NCBI RefSeq assembly: GCF_000485595.1
Contig: NW_014577072.1
Coordinates: forward strand, 744,041-799,362
Direction of reading: 5' to 3'
DNA from: Priapulus caudatus
Lineage: Eukaryota
Length of the DNA stretch: 55,322 nucleotides
Shown here: positions 11,660 to 25,700 of the stretch, one piece after another
How positions within the stretch are numbered: position 1 is the first letter of the stretch
How the letters are laid out: every line of letters starts with the position of its first letter
Notes under the pieces: model-generated
Database searches by the model: none
Seen by the model: only the letters and a program-made list of their open reading frames with translations
What the model was told of the DNA's origin: nothing
Program-made: the position numbers and the translations under genes

Positions 11660-12478
11660 AGTTGTCTCCTCGACAAATAAGAATTTACGCAGTGGCTACG
11701 CGTCCGGTCATCCATTACAAAGCTCAGCTCAGATTCCCAAATCCACGTCATGATTAGGTCACGCCTCTTTGAAACCGTTTATTTTACTGGATTTACTATT
11801 GCTTCAAACGTTACAAAAACCTTTTTTTGATAAAATACCTAAATGTAAGTAATATTATGGTAAAAACTTATTGTTTATTGTTTTTTACTGAAAAAAATAT
11901 AGTTGGGTTCACATAAGAAATATATGACCGGAGTCACCGGACGCGTACGTAGCCTGGGAGCTGGGCGTCTTGTAACCGGACGCGTAGCCACGGCCGAACA
12001 AAAACTATATAACACTTGTAGAATTTGACAAATACGATCCATCAAAATACGCAAGAACGAGATTTTACTAGAACTCCAATGTTATTTAAGGTAAGACGAA
12101 TTATCTCTCATTTACGTAAAGCTAAAATGAAAAAAATAGGCCGTGGCTACGCGACCGGTTCCGGACCGTATTTACGCGCCTACGTACGCGTCCGGTAACT
12201 CCGGTCATATATTTCTTATGTGAACCCAACTATATTTTTTTCAGTAAAAAACAACAAACAATAACTTTTTACCATAATATTACTTACCTTTAGGTATTTT
12301 ATCAAAAAAAGGTTTTTGTAACGTTTGAAGCAATAGTAAATCCAGTAAAATAAACGGTTTGAAAGAGGCGTGGCCTAATCATGACGTGGATTTGGGAATC
12401 TGAGCTGAGCTTTGTAATGGATGACCGGACGCGTAGCCACTGTGTTTTCTTCTGACCTGTATTCTCGACTAGACAACT
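11660..12478. mobile_element. Long palindromic MITE-like element (~300-bp near-perfect arms)
   Basis: cagtggctacgcgtccggtcatccattac... at 11690 is the reverse complement of ...gtaatggatgaccggacgcgtagccactg ending at 12442; weaker pairing extends to 11660/12478; no TSD found. Confidence 0.8.
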
Positions 12479-15400
12479 ACGAAAGCTCGAGCGTACGTGT
12501 GCGCACAGGGGTACGCACGTTAAGCCACATGACATGCACGTACATAACCCTGATGTAATTAAATCGGTTGCTGGATAATTTGCAGTCCAATTACTGTTCC
12601 ACTTTCCTTATTAATGTTACATTGCTACCCACCCATTTGCCCTATATTCCCGTAAGTGTGGACCACCCTTCTCAAAAATTCCCAGATCTGCCCTGTAATG
12701 TGTTAACGGATATTAACGCAAGTTAGTTCGAAATTACGCCACTCATTGAGTCCATTCAAGATTGGACTAAGACTGTAGAGGAGGAGAAGAAGGCGGTGGA
12801 GGAGGAGGAGAAAGAAAATAATAAAATAAGAGAAGAAGAAAAGATTGTGGATGAGACGAAAGGGCAGAGATCGGGAGGGAAGCAGGTGAGAAATGAGATG
12901 GACGAATAGGATTATAAAATAAAGTGGGAATTAATAAAATCTGATAAAGATGATGAAGCGAAGATAATGAAAGGGAAATGTCTAAGAATCCGGCTAAAAA
13001 GAGGAGAGAGGCTGATTAAAAGATTCTGATGACATATACGCGGGGAGTTGAAATTATTATATAAGGTGGTAGCGAAGACAAGATAGTAGGAACGGAAGGG
13101 AACTTGGAGGATTGGAGTAGGGTAGGTGGGTGTTGGTATAGAAATTAACACGGAGGTGAAAAAAGGAAACATGCAGTACAGCAAGGATAGAAACGTTATA
13201 CGAGGTAAACGGGAGATGGTGTGAAGCGAAGAGGCAGATGAGTAAGGAGAGGACGATAGGGAAGAATAGATGGGAGAAAGAGGTAACCCATGTTAGAGAC
13301 GAGGAAAGCAATTATAGTAGGCCTACCGCCTCTCAACCTTACACGTACTTCTTCGCTTTCCACACCTAACCCTACCGTATTTCACTCCATCTTCCTCTTC
13401 CTTTTTTTCTCCTCTTCTCCTCGGCCTCTCCACATCTAGTCTCTTCTTCCTTTATCCCGCCGAAGCTATTCTTTCAAAGGTTTAACACGTACTACTGTAT
13501 CAGGCTTTATCCCGCTCATTCTCTTATTATTCCACCTGCTTACCCCTCCTCATATTTCCACCTGTTTTGTCTTATCCACCTCCAAACTTCCTACTCGGCA
13601 GCCTTGGACTACTCTCTGTCCTATAAGATGACCGCGAGACTACGCTCGTAACAGTTGTGCATGTATATCGACAAAACATTACTGAATAGCAATTATGCAT
13701 AGGAATTTCAGAACAGGTGGTGTATACAAGGTTTAATTACCATCGCATGAAGTTATTGTTAAAATGCGATAGTAAAATCTGTAATCTACTAATCGTATAG
13801 TGGAAATGTTTATTATTGCGCGAATTTAATTTTAACATCACAAAAGACTACATCCGATCTTTATATCGGAAAAAATGTCCATGAAACTGTTCTATTAAAA
13901 TCCGTAAGCTTAAAATCCAGCTAATTTGGCATGAGTATCATCAGGGTATCATGTTACGCCCATGCCGGTACAATGGAATCAAAGATAAATATAATGTAGG
14001 CCTACACATTAATGCCAGAATATACATTTACACACGCATATGTCACATGCATGTATTTTCACATTAAAACTCAGCCATCTAGGTCCGTATACTGCGGTAC
14101 AGTACTCTATTTACTACACTATCAAAGTAAGACTATGTTTTTGTAAGCGCTATCTATAGGTACGGATGGGATATAGCGTGAGACATGAAATTCCCGTATG
14201 CTTTAACGTTAGCGTGAAAAACACACATTTTACCGTAAGGCGCGATTTTTGCTTAGCGTTACGATCCCCTCATAGAAATAAACGCTAACATAAAACCTCC
14301 AAACTATTTACCGTGTATTTCGTTTCGCATCGATTGTTCTTCGGAGCTTCTTTGTTTTCGGCTTGCTTTAGTAATACGTCACAGAGATTAGTGAAAAACT
14401 AAAGCATTTACGGAGAACTTCAAAAAGTCAAAATATTGAGGACTCTTATATGAGGACAGTAGATTGGTGAAAAATTGAGAAGGAGAAAGGTTGTGGAAAG
14501 AGATGCGGACTAGCGGTGTATTATATTAATGAGTGCTTTTATGTTAGAATACGTGTATGAAATACGGCGTACTATATGAAACATGTCTAGGTAAATTTTT
14601 TATATTGATAAAATGTAATATAACTTCGTAATTCGTATTTAATTCAATAACTCACGTCTACACAGTGGTAGGCCTACTTTATAAATTAATAGACATACAC
14701 CTTACACATAATATACACAAACAAATCAAAACACGTTCTTAAGAAACATCTTTATACATAGTCACACAGTGTAGATAACGTACTTTGGATACTCAATTTG
14801 TACAGCAATTGAAGGAATCAACGGTAACGGAAGGAACGAACACAGTAAAGTTGCACGTTTATTGTCACAACATTGCGCAGAAATTATAATACATTGTGCA
14901 AAACGTTAACGGGCATTATTGCAGGCTCCATGTTGCCACATTGCTTCTATAATTAAAGGTACCCGCGCCATTTCTGAGCCCTCTTGCCGCGGTCTCCTCT
15001 CGTACAATGTATTACAAAAGTTTCACAATGAAGTTCATACAAATTGATAACCACAACAGCAAGCCACTCAAATGTAACGTATAGATTCCCACAACAACAA
15101 CATTTCAAAAACAATTGGAAAATTAAATGTACTTGAAACACGACGAAAAATAAAATGCAGATGTTGTATGCAAAGACGAGCATAAGGTTTGCATATAATA
15201 TCGCTGTGTTGCTATTCATGCATATAGAGGTCTACCATATACGATGAAAATAATTATCGCTAGCAATTTCCTGCGGCAATGGATTTTAAACGCAATAAAA
15301 TTAATCCGCACTGCACATCAACTACGTGTCAATTCCACAATGCATAGAATATTAAAAGTAACGGCGTTTTAATCAAAATATTTAAATGCTGCTACATTAC

Positions 15401-16819
15401 TAGACCGATTGTATTGTATTGCACATGCGCTATATTTTCACGCCTAGTGAAATTTAACTGCAATAATATTCGCAGATGGTATTCGTACCACGCTGATACA
15501 GAACTAGCTTATAAACGCTAGCATAAACACAAGAATATTACACGAATATATGTGTGCACACGGCACAAACGACCCTGACATTTAACATAGCTGATGGTAT
15601 CGTTGATCTATGTAATTCAATGAGGCTGGACCAAACGTGACTGGCCATCGCTAACATACATGTCCCACTTCGACATAAACTAATACCAAGATGTAGTTTC
15701 TGTCAACCTTTAAAATGCTGTACCAGCCAGACCAGGGTACATTAGTGTAAGGTATCATAGAGATCACTTAAATGCACGCACTTATTCCATAGATAAAATA
15801 TCATACCTGCGGCTATATCATTCGACCTATATGCTTTGTGACAGTCTAACGACGTCCGTCAGCGAAACAATTCACCGTGTTAGAACCATCGACCACCCAC
15901 ATGAGTGGCACATAAAATAGACAAGTAGTATTCGTGTGCTTATTGGTACCTATACGAGCGACTAGTGTGGTTTTCATTTGCAGGATCACACGTCAACTAC
16001 GAACGCGCGCGCATTTAAAAAATATTTAATTAGAAATTAAACTAAAATCGCGGATATCGAGTCGATGCAGCTGCGTGTTTTAGGCAATATTTATACGTTA
16101 AACAACAGATGATTAGTCCCGATACGATAGGATGTCAACTAAAGAGAGGGTTCCGCCGATCAATGAGAGCCCGTCTGCCTCGCGATAGATATGATCAAGA
16201 GTACATAATAGGGAATCCCTGGGGATTAGGGGGTTCCCTATATAATGATGCAGATATGAAAGCAAGCATGGTCGTGAAGCCTATAACAGTAATAACACAT
16301 GACTATAATCAGGAGTAGATAATAGGTTTCCCTATTATCTACTTCTGCTATAATACACCTGCTTTTCTGCACGCCATCCACTGGCCGTGTACGCAGTGGT
16401 ATCCGCACGAGGCTTTACCGTAGATGCAATTGATCGCATATTCGCAAACGCATATCGCAATTTTAACCCCAAAAAAACCAGTTAGACCAAAGACTGTATA
16501 CAATTTGTATATGGTCTATGGTTACTCGAACGATGAGAGTATTGAGTCAATCGCGCACAAGTGTCATTCCTCTCCTCTTCCCCACGCCTACGCATCGCTA
16601 CCGGCAATCGGCGCCGCGTAACTCACATAGTAATTACCAATTATAATCCTGCTCATTTGTTTTCGTCTATCGGTGGTTTTTGTGAATCGATACGTTCGCA
16701 CATGTAGCTACGGCATAGAACTAATAGCCGAGCACCTAGCTGGCGGTATTCAATCGTACGCATCATTTCACACAAGTTACGTGAACGCACATGTGATTTC
16801 TGACATTATCAATAGTCTA

Positions 16820-16845
16820 TTATATATATATATTATATATATAAT

Positions 16846-16888
<43 letters not shown>
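16820..16888. repeat. (TA)n microsatellite
   Basis: Direct inspection. Confidence 0.9.
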
Positions 16889-16891
<3 letters not shown>

Positions 16892-17210
16892 TTTATAGAA
16901 CAGGGGTAATAATATATAATACTGTATGAGTTTCCTTTTGCAGTCATGAGGTAAGAAATACTCGTGCTTTGGAAGCACTCTCACTCGGCGCTCCACACTA
17001 CAGCAGTCCCATTCACCGCGACATTTGCCGAACAAATACAGCTTCATCGAGTTGGCTCAGCTGGCTACTGAACCAAGCTATCAAGGTTTGATTGGTTCCA
17101 CGTGTGCCTATCAAAATATGATTTGTTACTGAAGTCCGCTGGCTTTGTGGTACGTGAGTAAAATTGCTGCTGTCATTGCAGAAGTTACCTAGGTCCAGGT
17201 TTTATAATTC

Positions 17211-17212
17211 CC

Positions 17213-17263
<51 letters not shown>

Positions 17264-17404
17264 ACGCACGCGCGCACGCACGCACGCAAGCACCACGCAC
17301 GCACCACGCACGCACGCGCATACACACACACATGCACGCGCACACACACGACGCACGCACTCATGCACACACGCACGGACGGACGCACGCAAGCTCACAC
17401 ACAT
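17211..17404. repeat. (CA)n / (CACG)n compound microsatellite
   Basis: Direct inspection; explains the HT- and VC-rich ORFs. Confidence 0.95.
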
Positions 17405-17760
17405 AATACTTATAGGAACATACGTGGACCATAACAGCATGCAACTTCCGAGTATTTCATGTAGACCAGGTGGCTGGCTGCCTCTAAGATACAGATGTTC
17501 CTGTAACTACAAAGCCTATACTGCATGGCAAGAATTCGGTGCTTTTCTATAGCTTCTCGAAAAAATACAATTCTGTAACATTTGTCACCTTTTAAAGAGA
17601 AATCAAAATTTTGAAATTTTCTCGAAAATGTAGGTGTCTGTATGCATGTTTAGTGAGCATTCACACCGCTGGAACAAAACCTGCTTAAAACAATAGCGTG
17701 AAATCGTATCAGGAGTAAAATAATAATATACGCAGTATGTTCAATAAAGTAACGCTACAT

Positions 17761-18165
17761 CAGAGGCGGCGCAGAAGACAGGCCGCCACAGGGGCTAGAG
17801 TCCCCGGCGATGCGCTACGAGCCAATGTTAGGGGGCTAATGTCCCTGACGATCGTGTGTGTGTGTAGGGGGGGGGGGACTTACAATGCGAATAGCGCGCC
17901 AAAAGCTATCTAAAATCGTGGATGTTATCCCCATATTTAGTGTTAATATATATATATAATTGTTGACATATTGCAATATATCGAATCGCCCCTTCCTCCC
18001 GCTTGTTTTTACAAAGTCACTGCGAATAATTCGGCACAACAGACGAAGAGCGACTGTATTTCTTCATAGATTTCCCAACGAGATAACCCTAACTAATTTT
18101 TACCCCGACGGGGGGGGGGCTGAATCTCCAGTTGCACGACTTCATCCACTCTGGCGGCACACCTG
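17761..18165. mobile_element. hAT-like MITE
   Basis: Termini cagaggcggcgcaga / tctggcggcacacctg; 8-bp TSD cgctacat (17753-17760) vs cgccacat (18166-18173). Confidence 0.7.
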
Positions 18166-19684
18166 CGCCACATAGCATAACAGCAATTCAGACAAACCTC
18201 AGCAATGAATAGATTTTACACACTACACCGGCCATGTTCACAATATAGCTAGATGATATCATGATATGTACTATTTCGTCATGTGAAACACATTTCTAAA
18301 TAAATATCTACTAAATGAGCAATGATCTCTCACAAAATATAGTACAATGCACTCTGTATTACAAAAATATTACACGTGCGAATGACAGGTGTCCGTTTAA
18401 CACTGAATGCCGGCCGATATCATTTGCCAGCTCTACGATGAGTTTCACTACGTGAAATACGCGCAGCAAATGCCACCGTCTGCCCTCAAGGCGCAGAATT
18501 ATTGCAGCAGTTGCTGTTATTTCAATGTCCGGGTTGCTTGCCTGTGTGTGCGGCTGACTCGAATTATGCACATTGCATTAGCCCTCATCCAAAATATTTG
18601 CCTTGATCGATTAGCGAACACTGAGTAGTTGCCGCGCCAAACCACACGGCTAATGCTGCCGTGTTGTGCTGCGCAGCTACACTCTCACGCAGTGATTGAG
18701 TGGCATGCAATTGCGAGCCCATTGACGGTCCTGCAGAATGAATGTTTCACTTCACGTCGCGCAGGTACACACTTCTTCTCGCGTTTCCATGGCGACTGCT
18801 TGTTTCGAAAGATTATTCATGATATAGCGTCGGTTTGTCAAGCACGTACCCACTCGAAGACAATCCTGTCACTGGGTGCAATATCCGGATAATCTACACA
18901 CTTACAAACACGTGAACATCGGAGCGAACACTTTCATGCGCACGGTTACACATGTTCGTGCACGGGAACAAACACACTTGAAGCTACACATAGAACAATC
19001 GCCATGGAGTGATATTGAGACCATTTGTCACTACAATTTTACAAATTGTTATTATATATTTCGCAGTGATTTTAGTTATAGGTACGTGTGCGGTCTCACG
19101 AGATCTGTAAACAATGTATGAGGTAATGGATGTTAAAATGTTGATATGACGCACAGGAAGATGTTTAAATGTACATTTAGTTCGAATATATCCCTATACG
19201 ACTTCGACAATACATACAATTAGCTTCATTTCAAATAGGATAACACAGTTTTGTCAAGTAAAGAAAAAATAAAAAAAACAGCAAGACGTTCCCACAGTAC
19301 TGCACAGAGATCCACTGCTGGAACCACACACCCGTTATAAATAAAATACCTTGGTCATATAGGTGTATGACAGCCACACGCAGACTGAGACGTCCATATA
19401 GAGTTACCAGGAAACAACTGCTACCGTAGCAGTTATATCAACTATAATGAGTGTTGATGCCAAACAATATGTGTATCTGCAGTCTAAAACTCAGCTTAAC
19501 AATGGTACTTGGTTTGCATGATTCCATGGTACATGATTGCATGGTACAATAATGCTACAGTTATATGGTTTCATGAGACACCCACAATAACAACATTATT
19601 GTTCCCTCAGTCTGAGCCCATTTAACGGGCTAGCAGTGAGATTAGATAGAAAAAAACACCCGTTTAATAAGTGTGTATAGAATA

Positions 19685-19780
19685 TTACTGTGGAACGTCC
19701 AGTGAGAGAGCTTGTACAATCCAAGGGTCACACTTAGACCCTTCTCTGAACTCTTCTTTCGTCAGCCGTCCATCTTTGTC
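19685..19780 (-). CDS. NCS1: NCS-1-like exon 7 ([10 protein letters not shown]...SLDVPQ*)
   Basis: Acceptor 19781-19782; TAA at 19685-19687. Confidence 0.92.
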   Translation of the reverse strand, partial: DKDGRLTKEEFREGSKCDPWIVQALSLDVPQ

Positions 19781-22700
19781 CTGAAAGAACATGTAAAGAA
19801 CATAATATCTTACGAGTACGCAATGGCGATGCAGAAATTTCCAGTGACACTATTATTTTTGCACGTTCGTAAATTACACGTTTCATATTTTAGGTTAGAT
19901 CTGAATATATATTCGGGCAGGCACGCTTCTGGGTGCTTCTAAACTATGCGTGGAAACCTCATAAACGAAGATCAGTTGCTTGGTAATAAGACACACACAC
20001 ACATTTATAGCGTCTGATACAGAACCGCAATGGATATCCTGGTGATTATTGTATATGGCATAGCGAAACGATAACAGCACCGCGCGATGGCACACCGATA
20101 TTTACGCTCGAGCAGCTGACACGCTGGATTATGCAGGAGGAAACACGCGTACGTTTCATGAAAATTTCTCCACTTTGCGAGCAGAGAGTTTAATTCTGAT
20201 GAGCCGCGCCGCTCAATAGACAAAAACTAAAAGCCTGTTTGCAACGGCTGATGGACATTTCAAAACTCCTTTCATCTTCCTGCATTTTCCAGAACATTCT
20301 CAAATATGTCTTGCAACATAATCAATAGATACAACGGTCACAACGTATTCATTTTTGGTCCAAAACTAGTAAAATATTAAGTCTGCAACAAAAAATTCCT
20401 ACACACTAATCGCTGCCATGATGCTTATCTTCAATGCATGAAGTCCGCCTGCTCAACCAGCAAATTTAAATATATAATGTGAAACGTGCAGAGGCTACTG
20501 CTATCCTTACATGAATCAACTAGCATATAATATATACATAAATCAGCAATGTTCTACACCACCTCACACATTGACTTTTCTTTCGTTAGTTTCACCTTTC
20601 CTGACATATGTGGTCACGTTGATTGGCAACTGCATACTCTGATCAATTATAAAAGTCACCTGTCCAAAGAGATAGTTGTTATTCTAATAGGGCAGATTTC
20701 AAAGGACATGGGGTTGTTATCCTAGGTGGGCAGATTTCAGAGAACTGGGGTTGTTATCCTAGTTGGGCAGATTTGAAAGGAGATGGGGTTGGTATCCTAG
20801 TTTGGCAGATTTCAGAAGGCATGGGGTTGTTATCCTAGTGGGGAAAATGCCAGAAGATATCAGGTTTTCATCCTAGGAGAGTGGAAGCAGCTATTACAAT
20901 GGCGAGGGGATGGAAAATAGTCGTGGGAAGAGGAAGTGGTCACTATCATGGGGAGGGAATGGGTTGTGGTTCTGGCAAAGTGTAGCAGTTGCTATTATGG
21001 GGAGGGGATGACTGTTATCATTAAAGGGCCAAGTGATAGTTATCATGCAGAAGGGGGAGGTGTCATCCTGGGAAGGTAGAGGTGGTGTTATCCTGGAAGA
21101 TGGCATCTTGGGAAAATTAAGGGGATGTTATCATGATGGATGGCATGCTAGGAGGGTGGAGGGGATATTAAGGGAGAGGGGCTATCATCTTAAGAAGGTA
21201 GAGCAGTGTTGTTGCCATGTGAGGGGATGGATTGTGATCCTGGAAAGATGTGCGGGGCAATTTACTACCACGTACGGGGATGAATTGTTATACTAGGAAA
21301 GTGGTGGGAATATTATCAAGGTGGAGGAAGAGTGTTGCTATCCTGAGAAGGGGAAGTGGTTACTACCATGTAGTGAGGAATAGTTGTTGTTTTTTTGTTC
21401 TGGGAAGGAAAAGTGGTTGCTATAAAGGTAAAGGAGAAGGAATGTTATCCTACAATGGTTAAGGTGTTATGTCAAGCAGGGAAAGCTAGTTGTTAACTTT
21501 TGGGAAGGAAGATTTTTTTTATCATCGAAGAGGTATTGTTAACCTGGATATGAAAGAAATTGTTATGGGGGAGATAGAGGAGAGCATGACTTTATCGGGG
21601 AAGGAAAGTACTTATTATCTTGGAAAAGTATTGACATGGGGGTTTCAGGGGAGAGAGGTGAGGTTGCTAAACTTGGATAGACAGGAACTTACTATGCTGG
21701 AAGAGATCAAAAAGGTTAGACTGTAACGATAGAGGATGATCTAACTAAGCAGTGGATAACCAATAAGCATAGAAAAGTCACAACTTACCACATCCATCTG
21801 CTTGAATATTTTATTGACTCGCTTTTCGGGAGTATCCTCGTCTTTCGGAAGATCTAGCATGCTTCCTACCATACTGTAGATAGCATCCACAATGTCGATC
21901 ATTTCTTCCTTGGTTATGTAGCCATCTCTATCCACGTCGTATAGGTTAAAAGCCCCTGGAGCAGTGCACGGCATGGGATTCAGTAAAGCTTCACTGCTCT
22001 ATTCAAATTCCTATACCCAGAATTATATATTATTGGGTAACAACATTAGAGGAAAGAATTACTCATTAGGAAATTTCTGCATGTAAATTGTAGGCTCAGC
22101 TGTTTCGTGCAAATGCAGTGCATAGATAAAATGCAAAACAAAAAAACATAGATTCATGAAATTCTGCATTTTCTTGCACATCATTAGGTGCCTGATTGGG
22201 TAAAAAACAAGAACCTGCTGCGCACGGGGAGCATTTTAAATACACCACACGTGTAAAGGATTCTTATTTTATCAGGGAAGAGACACCTACATGCACATCA
22301 TGATACACGCTGAATACCAGAAGCCAGTCAAATGACACGGCACACATTTCTCATTATCTACGCGCATCAATCGTCTTGTTAACCAGAGGGCATACATTCA
22401 GGCTCTAGCGCACAGCTGGTTAAGTGCTCGCCTTAGCATTACCAGGGGCAGAGAAAAGCACGCGCAGAATAATTTAACTTGCACACGAAGAGAAAAACAT
22501 GAGGAGAAAGCACACGATCTCGAAAATTTTGCGCATTCGACTCATAAACATGAGCGAATGCAATCTACTCGAAACGACTCGCAAACGGGAGGATAAATTT
22601 ATGAATCGCACTTTACAGCCAACCAGACACAGTAGTGACGTTCATCTTGTCAGGTGAATAACGGTCGTGCGACGGTATACACAGAACTAGAATAGCCTGT

Positions 22701-25700
22701 TCGATAATGAACTTCGCAAAAAAGAACCAGCAGCGCACCATTTATTGCATTACTTAGAATCAATAAAGTTTTAAATTCGTGACCTGACTATATTTCGTCA
22801 TTATGCTGCCACTTTCGTTTTTTTTTTATTAACAAAGATATATTTGCAATATGCTCTACGTTCTACTAGGTTCCTACTACGCATCAACATATCAAAACAA
22901 CCGCATTCAATTTCTATCACATTCATGTGCATTCACATGCATTTCCATATGCAAATGTAAAAGTACAACGATTCAAATTAATGGCAATTTGTAAAAACCA
23001 GATGCACACAAGGAGTGGAGGAGTATAGACAGACAGCACCTATGTTGGAAACAAATCGACAAACGTTTTCAGTAAAAGGGCTTCAGGTTGTCAGCTTTTA
23101 AATATTTCGGCATAAAAAATCAATTATATCCTGCATTCACTGCACGCACGCAGCTACACATACTCTATAGTGGTGCGTGACTACAGTGGATAACGCACAT
23201 TGAAACACAATGAAACGCCCCTGATAATTCGATAGTGTAAGATTTCGACATTCTACATAATATCCTGTTCTTTTATGTCACGTGGAAACAATGAGTAAAC
23301 TTGTAATTATGTGTGAATCGAGGCTGGGTACAAGACTCTGTACTGAGGTACAGCCGTACTTAAATTAGTCGCTCAATCTCCGAATTCCCACAACAAAAGA
23401 CACATGCTAAGGAAACAGTACTGTACACAGATGAAGCATGATGCTATGATTAAAAGTAAATAGCTCATTACATGCAGCAAGCCATGTTTGACATATGTGC
23501 ACATATTGAAATGTCACAGATGACAGAAATACATTCCAAACTGCGCAAGAACAGAAAAAAAAAAAACTTACAGTCGAGCTTTTCATCGAGTGTACCTCTG
23601 GATGTGACTGACAGAGCGATGATGAACTCTTTGAAGGAAATGAAGCCATCCTGCGGGAATTTTGTTTACAACATGAATTCAATGGTGGCTACATTTTTCA
23701 TCCAGGCGCAAGAACATTATGGCGGAAGGGGTCGTTGTCGTATAGGATACCTAGGTAGCCTACGCCTACTCCCTAACCCTAACCATATCAGATAGTTACC
23801 TCGAGTACATATATGTAGTACCCTATACGACATTAACGACCCTTCGTGCGGCATTAACAGCACCATTTATATAACCATGGACATACAATTTGGAGCGTAA
23901 CTACTACAAGAATTAGAGCACTCCTGAGCCAGCTGAAAGTCAATATGCCAACAAGTGCATGCACCCTCCCGCACACACTATCATATATGCATGAAAGATG
24001 CATATATTCACACTACATATCAGTGAAATGGTAACTTTTCACGATGCCATGTTAATTTACATACATCTCCATCAAAACATAGTAATACCAATACGTGCTG
24101 CATAAAAAAATAACCACACCACTTCTCCACTATCATTTCGTATTTTCTATTTTCAAAGTACGTTACGTTCATTAACGTTCAAGTTACGTTCATTAACGTT
24201 CAGTAATGTTCATTAACGTTAAAGTTTCATTACGTTACTCATGCATGTAACGTAGGAAAACCCACTCATATATCTTATGCCACAATATAGCTGCCAAGGT
24301 CTGTCTCCCTGGGTACTGCCGGAACGTACCCTGGTACTATCTAATATGCCGGACCATACCTCGCCTACTCCACTAACGAGTCTAGGCCCTGGCTAGTCGC
24401 CTACGCCTACTCCCTAGAACTCTAACCCTATCAGATAGTTACCAGGGTACGTTCGGGTATACCGAACCGAACCCAGGGTACGTTCCGGCAGTACCCAGGG
24501 ACTGGCAGGGAGACATAGACCCTATCAGCCACAATATATTGCAGTAGATAACTGTTAGAAAAGCTGGCAGTGGTATCATTTAATCTGTCAAAAGATGGCA
24601 TTCCTTAATAAAGTCCCTACATAATGATAAAATACTAGTAAGTAGTTTCATCTCAAAATAATAAACTATAGAATCTACTGATATGACTACTAATCTTGTT
24701 TGTTCTGTTGTAAACCTTCAACAAAGATACACCATCTGCCTGGCAACTATAGTCTGACTGATGTCACAGTTTATGCAGCCTAGATGGGCTGTGTGACCGA
24801 GTGTGTAATTCATGCAGTGCATTCATGCTAGGCATTGATATTCTTGATATTATTTGTGGTTAGAATGATTGTTTTGGGATATATCAATACACTGGTAAAC
24901 CTTTATGTTTCTGTGTAGATATTATAACTATCATCACATGTATTTTAAGTATCACTTTTATATCGATAAGAATGTTACAAGAATCTTACTAGTCACTGTA
25001 AATTTTGCAAAGGCAGACAGAGTTATGTAATTTTTTCATACTCAAATGAACTTTTGTATTTTTTGTATTGTTTGAATTAAAGATTTCAAATAACCTCTCA
25101 CACAATATAGAAAAACTATTACAGTCCAAACTATTACCAATACTTAAGCTCATAGGGTCTATGTCCCCCAGGGTACTGCCGGAACGTACCCTGGTAACTA
25201 TTTGATATGGTTAGGGTTAGGGTTAGGGTTAGGGTTAGGGTTAGGGTTAGGTAGTAGGCGTAGGTGACTCCCTAGACTCGTTAGTGGAGTACGTAGGCGA
25301 GGTACGGTTCGGCATATTAGATAGTACTAGGGTACGTTCCGGTATACCGAACCATACCCAGGGTACCTACTGGCAGTACCCTGGGGGACATAGCAATACT
25401 TAAAAGGTCATTACCAAACATTCGGCAGGTAATATCTGCTAAAAATATGAATCTCCTAAAGTGTGTTTAATTGGTTTGTTTCTTGCCGTTTTGAATTTCT
25501 GGATTTGATTTGTATTTGATGTTCATAAATAATTACAACCTCTACTTACCTTATCAGAGTCAAAAACATTGAAGACAAAACCGGCAAACTTTGCTGGGTC
25601 ACCATGAGGAAAAAACTGTTGGTAGATTGTCTGAAATTCCTATACGGACAGTAGCGATAAATAAGCAAACACATTTGCGTAGTGGTGTAACTGAATTCCA

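Noticed and set aside
16192..16352. Hairpin atcaggagtagataatagg...cctattatctacttctg as a pre-miRNA
   Set aside because: The same motif recurs at ~17708, ~30783 and ~35341, so it is more likely a MITE remnant.
22401..22450. tRNA-like 5' half (gctctagcgcacagctggttaagtgc); similar A-box-like string at ~17052
   Set aside because: No T-arm/B-box or acceptor stem; at most a SINE-head remnant.
25211..25251. True telomere or chromosome-fusion scar
   Set aside because: A short array inside a MITE bounded by a 9-bp TSD.
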